Positions 30,271 through 38,702 of a stretch of DNA of 64,000 bases are shown in pieces. The position numbers and the translations under genes were made by a program. Under the pieces are notes generated by a model. It was not told where the DNA came from and made no database searches. It saw nothing but the letters and a program-made list of their open reading frames with translations. Numbering within the stretch: position 1 is the first letter of the stretch; each line of letters opens with the position of its first letter. This stretch comes from Vampirovibrionaceae bacterium NZW_1234 (GTDB taxonomy: Bacteria > Cyanobacteriota > Vampirovibrionia > Vampirovibrionales > JAGQHJ01): assembly GCA_041697335.1 (NCBI GenBank), contig JBGUGD010000039.1:199410-263409 (forward strand), read 5' to 3'.

Positions 30271-31878
30271 ATGAGTCGACCAACCTATACCCTTCAAGAA
30301 AAAGTGGCCCAATTGTTTCTTGTGGGCAGCGATACCGTTGATCTCAATGCCGAATTGGAATCGTTTTACCAATACGGCCTTGGCGGTCTGATCCTTTTTC
30401 GCCATCATCTTCAGCCTTTTGATACCGCAGGGGATCTGCGAGCGTTTCTGACGGAACAACGCCACCGTTTTGCAGGGGCAGGCTTAGGCTTTATCGGTAT
30501 CGATCAAGAAGGCGGACAAGTTGAACGTTTACCCCACTGGCTTTTTCCGACAGGATTATTGCCTATTGTATTCGGCCTGAAAAATGATCCGACCTTTTGT
30601 GGCCAAGTGAACCGGGAAGTCGCTCGGCGTCTAAGATGGCTTGGCTTTAACCTCAACTTCACGCCTACCGTGGATTTGGATACAGCCTTTGAAAACCCCA
30701 TTATCGGGGTTCGGGCTTATGGATCCACCGCCAATCATGTGCTGCCGTTTGCAAGAACCATCATCGACACCCACTTAAGCGCAGGCGTACTTCCAGTTGC
30801 AAAGCATTTTCCAGGCCATGGTTCCGGAACAGTGGATTCACATTATGACTTACCCACTTTTGATGCCTGGAGCGAAGAAGAATTGATCCCATATGAATCC
30901 TTGATTCGGGAAAATACCTTACCAGCAATATTAGCCGCTCATGGACTCTATCCAGAACTAGCTCGACGTCTGCATGCAGACCCTGGCATTCCGGCATCCT
31001 TATCCAATGCGATTTTGACCGGGCTCTTACGCCAGGCCTTTGGCTTCAATGGGTTGATATTTACCGATGACCTCATGATGGGTGCGGTCTGGGGGCAGCG
31101 TGACCCTGCTGAAGTTGCTCTGGAAGCCCTCGAAGCCGGTGCCGATATGCTGGTTTACCGCCGAGCCCAACCCGAAGCTTGGCTTGCCTTTGAAACAATT
31201 GTCTCTCGCGTGCAACGAGGCAAGTTGTCAGAGAGTGTCATTGATGATCGCCTTGAGCGATTGATGAAGACCCAGGCTGCGCTCAATCGGGTTCCCATGC
31301 TGGACTATGCAGAAGAAAGCTTCTCACAGGAGGCGTGCCACCAACAAGCTTTAGAATGGGCCAGAACCGGTTTAACGGAACTGCACCACCAGTTTATTAG
31401 TCCATTACCGCTAACTCAGGCCACCCAATGGGCCTTGGTAATGCCAGATCGAAGAACCATGCGCCACTATGACCCGGATAGCAAGCATGGTCTCGATCTA
31501 TTAGGCTGGTGTCAACACTATGGGGTAGTCCCTGTCGCCTCCCAAACCTACCCCATCACTCCGGCAGCTGATTTTACAGCCCAAACCTGGGCGGGACAGG
31601 CCATTAACACTATTGTGTTTATTGCCTTTAACAGCCACCTAAACCCTGGCCAAGTCGAGCATTATGAACGCCTCAAAGCCAGCCATCCCAATGCCAAGGT
31701 TATCCTGGCCTCGTGTGGTATGCCCCACGACAAGGACGTGCTCAGCAAGCCTTGGGTTCACATACAACTGCCTAGCTTTCGGCCTGCGGCCATGCAAGCC
31801 TTTGTCCAATGGTTGATATCGACGCCACGGCAGACTGATACAGTGCAATCTCTGTCCTTGCCAGAGTATCCGCATTAA
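30271..31878 (+). CDS. nagZ: Beta-N-acetylhexosaminidase (GH3)
   Basis: IDQEGGQVERL, KHFPGHG..VDSH, FTDDLMM. Confidence 0.9.
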   Translation: MSRPTYTLQEKVAQLFLVGSDTVDLNAELESFYQYGLGGLILFRHHLQPFDTAGDLRAFLTEQRHRFAGAGLGFIGIDQEGGQVERLPHWLFPTGLLPIVFGLKNDPTFCGQVNREVARRLRWLGFNLNFTPTVDLDTAFENPIIGVRAYGSTANHVLPFARTIIDTHLSAGVLPVAKHFPGHGSGTVDSHYDLPTFDAWSEEELIPYESLIRENTLPAILAAHGLYPELARRLHADPGIPASLSNAILTGLLRQAFGFNGLIFTDDLMMGAVWGQRDPAEVALEALEAGADMLVYRRAQPEAWLAFETIVSRVQRGKLSESVIDDRLERLMKTQAALNRVPMLDYAEESFSQEACHQQALEWARTGLTELHHQFISPLPLTQATQWALVMPDRRTMRHYDPDSKHGLDLLGWCQHYGVVPVASQTYPITPAADFTAQTWAGQAINTIVFIAFNSHLNPGQVEHYERLKASHPNAKVILASCGMPHDKDVLSKPWVHIQLPSFRPAAMQAFVQWLISTPRQTDTVQSLSLPEYPH

Positions 31879-32938
31879 CCTCACAACCCGACTCAACCAG
31901 CGCCAGAATATCACCGGGAACCCGGCTTAAGTCCGGCAGGCGATTCTGCCCGCAGTAAACAATGATTGGGGTCCCGGATGCCTGGGTCAGCTCACAGAGA
32001 TAGCCCGTGCCTTTTCCAAGAAAGGATGTCTCATCCAAGCAACCTTCCCCGGTTAAAACCAGCGCAGCCGATTTGACTGCAGGTTCCAGCCCCCATTGTT
32101 CATCCAGCCAAGCCATCCCGGAGGTTAGCCTTGCATGGGGAAAGGCTTGTAATATTGCCCAGGACAAACCACCCGCGGCACCCGTCCCTGGCAAACTACT
32201 TGTAGAAGCTCCGGTCTCACCCACTTGGCTTGAAAGCCTGGTAAACGCATGGGTTAAGCTCTCAATCAAAAGTGAGTCCGCTCCTTTTTGCGGCCCAAAT
32301 ATACGAGGCGCATCCCGATAAACAGTGGTCACATCGGTGAGGACTCGCACATGAGAAAGGGTCACAGGTGTTTCAGCGGGAATAACCCGGTCCGTTGACA
32401 ACAAGGCGCCCCCGCCTATGGGCTCTGTGATCCGCTGGCCGTCAGGTCCGATAAACTGCCAGCCTAAGGCCTGTAAAAAGCCAAACCCACCCTCGACGGA
32501 AGCACTCCCTCCTAAGGACAGAACCAGCGTTTGGGCTTGCGGATGTTGTTTCAGAAGATGGGACAGAGCTTCTCCCACCCCATAAGAGGTGGCCCGAATC
32601 GGATCACGTTGACCACCGGGCAAATGCTTCATCCCATGGATCTCAGCGGCTTCCACAACAAGTGTCAATGAAGACTCAAGCCATAAATAGGATGCTTGAA
32701 TCAGTTGGTGCGGCAGTGGCCCTGTTACGGTTAGTCGTAAACGCTGGGCATCCGCCCACAAAGGCAGGGTCAGAACAGCATCTAAAAAGCCATCCCCTCC
32801 ATCAGACAAGGGAATATTCTGAATCTCTACAGCAAAACCACTGGCTTTCAGAGCACGAATCAGGATCGCATTCGCCTGAACCGGAGATAAAGTCTCCTTC
32901 CAAGCGGATGAACAAACCAGAACCACAGGGTTCGCCAA
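31772..32938 (-). CDS. glxK: Glycerate kinase
   Basis: SDGGDG, ATSYGVGE, LGGSAS, FGPQKGA, GAAGG, TGEGCLD; TTG start with AGGAG upstream. Confidence 0.88.
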   Translation of the reverse strand: MANPVVLVCSSAWKETLSPVQANAILIRALKASGFAVEIQNIPLSDGGDGFLDAVLTLPLWADAQRLRLTVTGPLPHQLIQASYLWLESSLTLVVEAAEIHGMKHLPGGQRDPIRATSYGVGEALSHLLKQHPQAQTLVLSLGGSASVEGGFGFLQALGWQFIGPDGQRITEPIGGGALLSTDRVIPAETPVTLSHVRVLTDVTTVYRDAPRIFGPQKGADSLLIESLTHAFTRLSSQVGETGASTSSLPGTGAAGGLSWAILQAFPHARLTSGMAWLDEQWGLEPAVKSAALVLTGEGCLDETSFLGKGTGYLCELTQASGTPIIVYCGQNRLPDLSRVPGDILALVESGCEVNADTLARTEIALYQSAVASISTIGQRLAWPQAES

Positions 32939-33013
32939 AGCAACCTCTCCTCTGTGTAACGGAGTTTTAAACCAAGCGTATGCGATTTGAAGGAGCTTGA
33001 GTACAATAATAGT

Positions 33014-34522
33014 ATGAAAAGACGATCCAATCTTGCAGCCTTGTTGCTCATCGCCACCACCTCACTGGGGGTGGGAACCGCATTGGCAGATCAGCTCAAT
33101 GGCCTACAAATCAAGCCTGTAGGCAAAAAAGTCCATATCATTCTGGACACGGATAAAGTCCAGCCCTATCGTGTAGAGCGCAGTTCCGACACCGAATACA
33201 GTATTGTACTCCCCAAGGCCAATTTACCCGAAGCGTTTCAAGGCATTGGCATTCCGGACATCCGAAACACTGAGGCCGGTGTAGTCGCCAATATTGAGGA
33301 ACTCGAGAATGGGCTCAAGATCAATCTGAAAAACGTGAACAACGAAGCCGCCCCCTATGAAATCCGCTTTAAAGCCCCGGCCACCAGCTCGGTTTCTCAG
33401 AAGCCCACACCCTCTGCTCAGGCAACCTCTCGGACGAAGGTAAAACCTCAGGTCACAAGACCCAAGGTTGCGATAGATAAACCTGCAGTTCAACTGGCCG
33501 ACGCTGCCCCAAGCCCGAAAGCCAAATTGAAGACAACGCCCTCATCTGCAACTTCGGTGCAGAAACCCGTATCCCCTTCTCAGAATCTGAGTGCGCAAGC
33601 TCCTTCGGCCATACGGAACCAACCGGTATTCTCCTCGGAAGAGTCCGAATCCTCAAAGCCTTCTCAAAAAGCACGGGTGAACCCTCTGTCTGCCAAGAAA
33701 CCCTTGCAGACGGCCAAGGGCGAGACTGCTCCAGAGGATGGTTATGCGCTCTTAAATCAACCGGTAGAACCTGTGTCTCCAAACACCCAAAATCAAGAGC
33801 CAATCACTCCGCTTCAGAAATCTGATCGTACTCGGCCACTTTCCGCCGAAAAAGTGCAAGATGCCCCCAAGCCCATTACCCCTGAGGGAACTGCCTTTGA
33901 GCGTCAACTCAACGAAAAGCGCCATGGCAATACCCTGGGCGGTTCAATTATGAAATGGTTGCTGGTAGCCTCTTCGATTGTTGGGGCCTTGATTCTCGCC
34001 GTTGCTGGCCTTGCCATCGTTTACAGGCGAACCCTTAAAAAACCTGTCCTGCCTGTCGAGCCTCAAGTAGCTGGTGTGGAGTTCTTCAATCCACCTCAAG
34101 AATCCCCGCGACATGAACATCCGGAAACCTACGAAGAGGATTTTGATAATGAGACGATTGACTGGGGGGATGAAGATCCGTTCAGCCTGAATGAGCCAAA
34201 CCCTCTTGCCACACCCCCTTCTGTGGTTGACATTCCGGTAAAATCAGTCACAACACCCCAGGCCATCACAGCCAAATCATCGTCTCAACAGCTCCGCCCC
34301 CGACATACCCAAGGCCTTCTGATGCAACCGGCCAGCAGCATTGCCGATGCAGTCAAACAAAGTCTTCACAGCAAAGCCAACCCCTATATCTCTGCCCCGT
34401 TTCCCCTGGGCCAAAAAAAGCTGGATGTCACGGGAGGGCCAAAAGCGAGAAAGGGGAAACAATCCGCCCCTGCTCAACCTAAAAACAAGACCCGTTTTAA
34501 TCAATATCTTTCTCACCAATAG
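33014..34522 (+). CDS. Membrane-anchored protein with N-terminal AMIN-like domain and Pro/Ser/Lys-rich linker
   Basis: Signal peptide, beta-rich ~100-aa domain, long disordered linker, TM helix, cytoplasmic tail. Confidence 0.6.
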   Translation: MKRRSNLAALLLIATTSLGVGTALADQLNGLQIKPVGKKVHIILDTDKVQPYRVERSSDTEYSIVLPKANLPEAFQGIGIPDIRNTEAGVVANIEELENGLKINLKNVNNEAAPYEIRFKAPATSSVSQKPTPSAQATSRTKVKPQVTRPKVAIDKPAVQLADAAPSPKAKLKTTPSSATSVQKPVSPSQNLSAQAPSAIRNQPVFSSEESESSKPSQKARVNPLSAKKPLQTAKGETAPEDGYALLNQPVEPVSPNTQNQEPITPLQKSDRTRPLSAEKVQDAPKPITPEGTAFERQLNEKRHGNTLGGSIMKWLLVASSIVGALILAVAGLAIVYRRTLKKPVLPVEPQVAGVEFFNPPQESPRHEHPETYEEDFDNETIDWGDEDPFSLNEPNPLATPPSVVDIPVKSVTTPQAITAKSSSQQLRPRHTQGLLMQPASSIADAVKQSLHSKANPYISAPFPLGQKKLDVTGGPKARKGKQSAPAQPKNKTRFNQYLSHQ

Positions 34523-34759
34523 GTGATTTATATCAGGCGTTCGACAGTGGACGAGCAGGAAATCAACGAGAAATCGATACTTTGTCGACAGCTACCGCTT
34601 CAAGAAAAACCCTTTTCTAACCAGCATTTCCAGGATCAGAAGTTCCTATAAGCAGACCATGATTTTTGTGCTTTCCTACTCGCGACAATTGCTCCTTGAG
34701 CATTACTCGCCTCATTCCAGCACCTATCCTTCCATAGCGAAGAACGATACAATAAGGCC

Positions 34760-35743
34760 ATGCAGGCACTGATTATCATTAATGACCAGGCAGGAGCCCT
34801 CTCTTCGGAAGTTTTGGCACAAGCTCTCCAGGAGGCTCTTCAGCATAAACCGGAATCGGTGCGTGAGAATGTCACCATCGAAATCAGCCATAGCCGAGAG
34901 CACATGCAAAATATGATTCAGCAATATCAGGGGCAGCTCGATCGGGTCATTGCAGCAGGGGGCGACGGCACCATTATTGAAATTATTTCAGCCATGTTAC
35001 CCTACCCGCATTTGATGCTGGGCATTTTGCCCTTTGGAACCGGAAACAGGCTTGCCGCGAACCTGGGTATTCCCACCACCTTGCGAGATGCCTTAGACAC
35101 GGCCCTTTATGGCATTCCCCATCGTATTGACATCGGGCGGATTAATAATCGCTATTTTGCCCTGATGGCAGGTGCCGGCCTGGATGCCGAAATCATGGGT
35201 GGCGTCACTCGTATGGAAAAGCGGACTTTTGGCCTTTTTGCCTATTTTATTAAAGGCTTCCGTCACTTATTTCGAACACCTTATGCGGTTTTTGACATTG
35301 AAGCCGATGGCCATACAATCCATACCCGAGGCTTTGGGGTTGTTATCGCCAATGCCGGAAACCTTCTCGGCCACTATTTTACACTCACTCCAGGTGCACA
35401 GCCCGACGACGGCTTATTGGACATCTGTATTTTCAGCTCCAACAAGCGTACCGATTACTGGAACATCCTGGTTCAAGTCTTATCGAGACAAACCCGGGGT
35501 ATTCAGCCCGAAGGAGTAAAGCACCTCAGAGCCAAGAACATCCGGATTCAGAGCCGCCCCAAATTGAAAGCCCAGGCTGACGGTGATTTGATCGGTACCA
35601 CCCCGATTGAAGTGGAAGCAATACCCAGTGCCATTGCGGTTCTGATCCCCCGACTTAAAAAAAATCCACTCACAGACTCACTCCAACATATTACCGATCA
35701 TGTCCGTCTGTTGATTCGGGATCTGTTTCGTCGCTCGACCTGA
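34760..35743 (+). CDS. Diacylglycerol/lipid kinase family (YegS/BmrU)
   Basis: AAGGDGT, LPFGTGN, GAGLDA, DDGLLD, QADGD. Confidence 0.92.
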   Translation: MQALIIINDQAGALSSEVLAQALQEALQHKPESVRENVTIEISHSREHMQNMIQQYQGQLDRVIAAGGDGTIIEIISAMLPYPHLMLGILPFGTGNRLAANLGIPTTLRDALDTALYGIPHRIDIGRINNRYFALMAGAGLDAEIMGGVTRMEKRTFGLFAYFIKGFRHLFRTPYAVFDIEADGHTIHTRGFGVVIANAGNLLGHYFTLTPGAQPDDGLLDICIFSSNKRTDYWNILVQVLSRQTRGIQPEGVKHLRAKNIRIQSRPKLKAQADGDLIGTTPIEVEAIPSAIAVLIPRLKKNPLTDSLQHITDHVRLLIRDLFRRST

Positions 35744-35846
35744 AAACCTGCCAAAATAGGACCAAACAACAAAGGAAAAGCCCGAGAGGCGCAAATGCGC
35801 ACAGCAAAAACAGCCAACTCTTAGACAGTATATCAAACGAGGGACG

Positions 35847-36272
35847 CTAAAGGGTTTTCAAATACAGGGAGCCAAATAAGGGCCGATACTGACGCTCAAG
35901 ACCTTGAAGAAACTGAACCTCCTGCTCAGCTCCTATTAGGCGAGAGCGCAGTTCCTGAACCTGACGCGCCAGAATGGCATTATCCCGCTTGAGTTTGGCA
36001 AGCTCCCTGGCGTGCTCTGGCGCATCTGTCACCGGCATCAGCAACGATTCCAAGCGCTGGGCAATACGTTGAGAAAGGGCTTCTATAATAGTCTCGTTGT
36101 TTAAATCCGTCACCGACTCATTCAGGCTGGTTCGCACAGCTGACTCAACATCCAAAGAAGCCAACTGATGGCGTAGATCCGCTTGATGTTGCTCATAATA
36201 CAACTGCTCTAAAGCTTTTAAGTCTTCAGAAAAATGGAAGGAATCCGCCCAAGCCTCGTACGGTGATGACAT
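35847..36272 (-). CDS. Hypothetical coiled-coil protein
   Basis: GAGGA RBS; heptad-like C-terminal half. Confidence 0.65.
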   Translation of the reverse strand: MSSPYEAWADSFHFSEDLKALEQLYYEQHQADLRHQLASLDVESAVRTSLNESVTDLNNETIIEALSQRIAQRLESLLMPVTDAPEHARELAKLKRDNAILARQVQELRSRLIGAEQEVQFLQGLERQYRPLFGSLYLKTL

Positions 36273-36330
36273 ACAACATCCTCTCTCTCTATGGCATCTT
36301 GCTTGAGCTGATTATACCGTAAGTTTTCAA

Positions 36331-37254
36331 TTACGAGTGCTGTCGTGATGATCGACTAACAGCCATGACCTTGTCATAGGCGGCCAGAATCTCTTTCATC
36401 CGCTCTGCATCTCCTCCCGGAACATCCGGGTGATACTGCCGGACCAACTGACGAAATTGCTGACGAATTTCAGCCACCGTCGCTTTGGGGCTCACCTTCA
36501 GCAACTGATAGGCTCGCTCAAGCCCGGTCAACGGACGTGTGGCTGTTGTTTGGCGCTGCCCATGGGATTGCCAAGATTGCCCTTGTCGGTGCGGATTGGA
36601 TTCGGCCTGAGCCTGGCGGTTCAACCACTCCTCAAAGGTTTCTGGAGCCGATGCCCCTTCGTGCCCCCAATAATACTCACCATAGGTTCCGTTGCGCAGT
36701 CGCTCCGCATTTTTTTCGTGTTGCAGAACATCCTGCTTGAATTGGGCAATCATATTCATTCGCTGGGTGGGACTTTGGCTAACAAACGCGTCAATTTGCT
36801 TAAACGACGTAAACCAGAAATAATGCCGCCAGTTGACATCCTGGCCAATACGCTCCAGCTCAAAATCCCGAAGCCGCTCTAAAAGCTGCTTGTCGGCTGT
36901 AGAGACATGGGCCCGGAAATATTCAAAGACCCGTAAACGATAGGACTCTCGTTTTTCCCGATCCGTCTGGCGCTTTGAAGCTTTTTCAATCAGATAGGCT
37001 TGAATTTCCTGTTCGAGACGCTTAATGTCCCGAGGCGAGAACTGCTTGAGCGGCTTTTTATCAATTTCAGACAGGGGCAGCCAATCCAGCGTCTTGAAAA
37101 ACTCAACCAAACGATGGCCTCGCTGACTGATAGCCCCGCTCTCCAAGTAGCAACGAATGGCATACCAGGTCGCTTGAGAAAAATGCTGGCTCACCGCCAG
37201 GGCCTTTAAGCTGGCAATCCAGTAAGAATGGTGGTGCTGGTCTGATGAACCCAT
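36331..37254 (-). CDS. Protein with C-terminal J-domain
   Basis: AYQLLKV...EIRQQFRQLVRQYHPD...ILAAY; unknown N-terminal region. Confidence 0.8.
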   Translation of the reverse strand: MGSSDQHHHSYWIASLKALAVSQHFSQATWYAIRCYLESGAISQRGHRLVEFFKTLDWLPLSEIDKKPLKQFSPRDIKRLEQEIQAYLIEKASKRQTDREKRESYRLRVFEYFRAHVSTADKQLLERLRDFELERIGQDVNWRHYFWFTSFKQIDAFVSQSPTQRMNMIAQFKQDVLQHEKNAERLRNGTYGEYYWGHEGASAPETFEEWLNRQAQAESNPHRQGQSWQSHGQRQTTATRPLTGLERAYQLLKVSPKATVAEIRQQFRQLVRQYHPDVPGGDAERMKEILAAYDKVMAVSRSSRQHS

Positions 37255-37439
37255 AGAAAAACCCTGAAAAAGGCGCACACTATATATTAACAGCGTAGCA
37301 TTTTTAAAGGCAAAGATCTGTTGCTTTTCCTCAGTCGTGTCCCCAAGTGCCCCAAACGCTCACAAAAAAATGGCCTTCAAATTTCTTCAGATCCCGCCGA
37401 AACCTAACTTACCTCCCATGGATTCGAGGTTACGCGTAC

Positions 37440-38075
37440 ATGAACATAAGCAAGCATCCCTGGTTCAGCGTATTTCTGGCATGCCTTCTGCTGCTTATCC
37501 CCCCCGCTGCAGAAGCCGGCTTTGATCCTACAGAATATATCCAGCAGGCAGGCGTTCCCGAAGATCTCAGACCCTATGCCGTTGTACTTCCCCCCGGCAC
37601 ATCCATTGCCGTGGTCATGCAAGACGCCATTGATACCCAAACCGGCGTAGTAGGCCAGCCCATCAGTGCCTTTGTGTCCCAAGATATTTATGTGGGAACC
37701 AAGAAGATCTTGTCACGTTCCGATCGGTTCCTCGGCCATATCGAACGTATCGATGTCCCCTTCAAAGGGCGTCATGCCATCTTGAAAATCGGGTTTGATC
37801 AACTGGTTCTGGCCAATGGCGTGCAATTTCCCTGCGACACCGTGGTGGATACCGGCCAACCAGGCAACTACTGGGGCGGCGATCTGACCTTAGGTACCCG
37901 GCCTGAGACTGTTCCCTACAAGCTTTACCACATCGGCGCGTATGGCCGCGTCGTCTACCGTGGCCCCAGAGCCATGGGTGAGCACTTACGCCTGGATCCG
38001 GGCGACCGCTTGGTGCTGAATACCAAAGGACCCTTGCTGCTCTACGCCTTTGACGCCCAACCGGACGAAAACTAA
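37440..38075 (+). CDS. Exported hypothetical protein with TrbI/VirB10-like beta domain
   Basis: Signal peptide; LPPGTSIAV..IDTQ..GQPISA.V..D, LKIGFDQLVLANG pattern. Confidence 0.55.
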   Translation: MNISKHPWFSVFLACLLLLIPPAAEAGFDPTEYIQQAGVPEDLRPYAVVLPPGTSIAVVMQDAIDTQTGVVGQPISAFVSQDIYVGTKKILSRSDRFLGHIERIDVPFKGRHAILKIGFDQLVLANGVQFPCDTVVDTGQPGNYWGGDLTLGTRPETVPYKLYHIGAYGRVVYRGPRAMGEHLRLDPGDRLVLNTKGPLLLYAFDAQPDEN

Positions 38076-38120
38076 CGCCGAGTAAAACCGGACCGGGTAT
38101 TTTATTTACTTTACAAAAGC

Positions 38121-38465
38121 TTAGGCCTTAATGGCTTCCATGTCGTTGGCAAAGACAGCAATGGTTTTGTTCAGGTTGGTCAAATTGATCAGGTTATTGA
38201 CATACCCTTGAAGACCACAGATGCTAAAGCTGCCGCCGGACTCTTCCGTGACACGCTTGCCCGATAACAGTACACTTAAGCCGGAGCTGTCCATAAAATT
38301 GACCTGGCGCAAATTCAACACCAGGTTTTTATGCCCCTGCTGGACCAAATTCGCCAACATCGACTTAAACATTTCCGCATTGCGAAAATCCACATTATCG
38401 GTTTCTACATCAATTACGACTTTCGCGCCTTCATGTCGGATAGAGACGGGGACTTCACTCGTCAT
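38121..38465 (-). CDS. STAS-domain anti-sigma factor antagonist
   Basis: LVLNLRQVNFMDSSGLSVL with the phosphorylatable Ser. Confidence 0.9.
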   Translation of the reverse strand: MTSEVPVSIRHEGAKVVIDVETDNVDFRNAEMFKSMLANLVQQGHKNLVLNLRQVNFMDSSGLSVLLSGKRVTEESGGSFSICGLQGYVNNLINLTNLNKTIAVFANDMEAIKA

Positions 38466-38702
38466 GCTGTTACGACCTCTGCCGATGCCACGTATTCTTT
38501 TATTATAGTGTATTAAAAATTATGCTTTTTGCCTGGGTGGAAAAAAACCTCCAACCACTGGAGAATTATTTTTACATTGACGGCCCGAGGGCTTACAATA
38601 GTAGCATCCTTGAGGATCCCTACCCCGGGGTCATTCCCTATAGGAAGGAAGCCCCCGTCTCACCGTTTATGCATCACAGTCAGAATAGGATTGTATCTCA
38701 CC

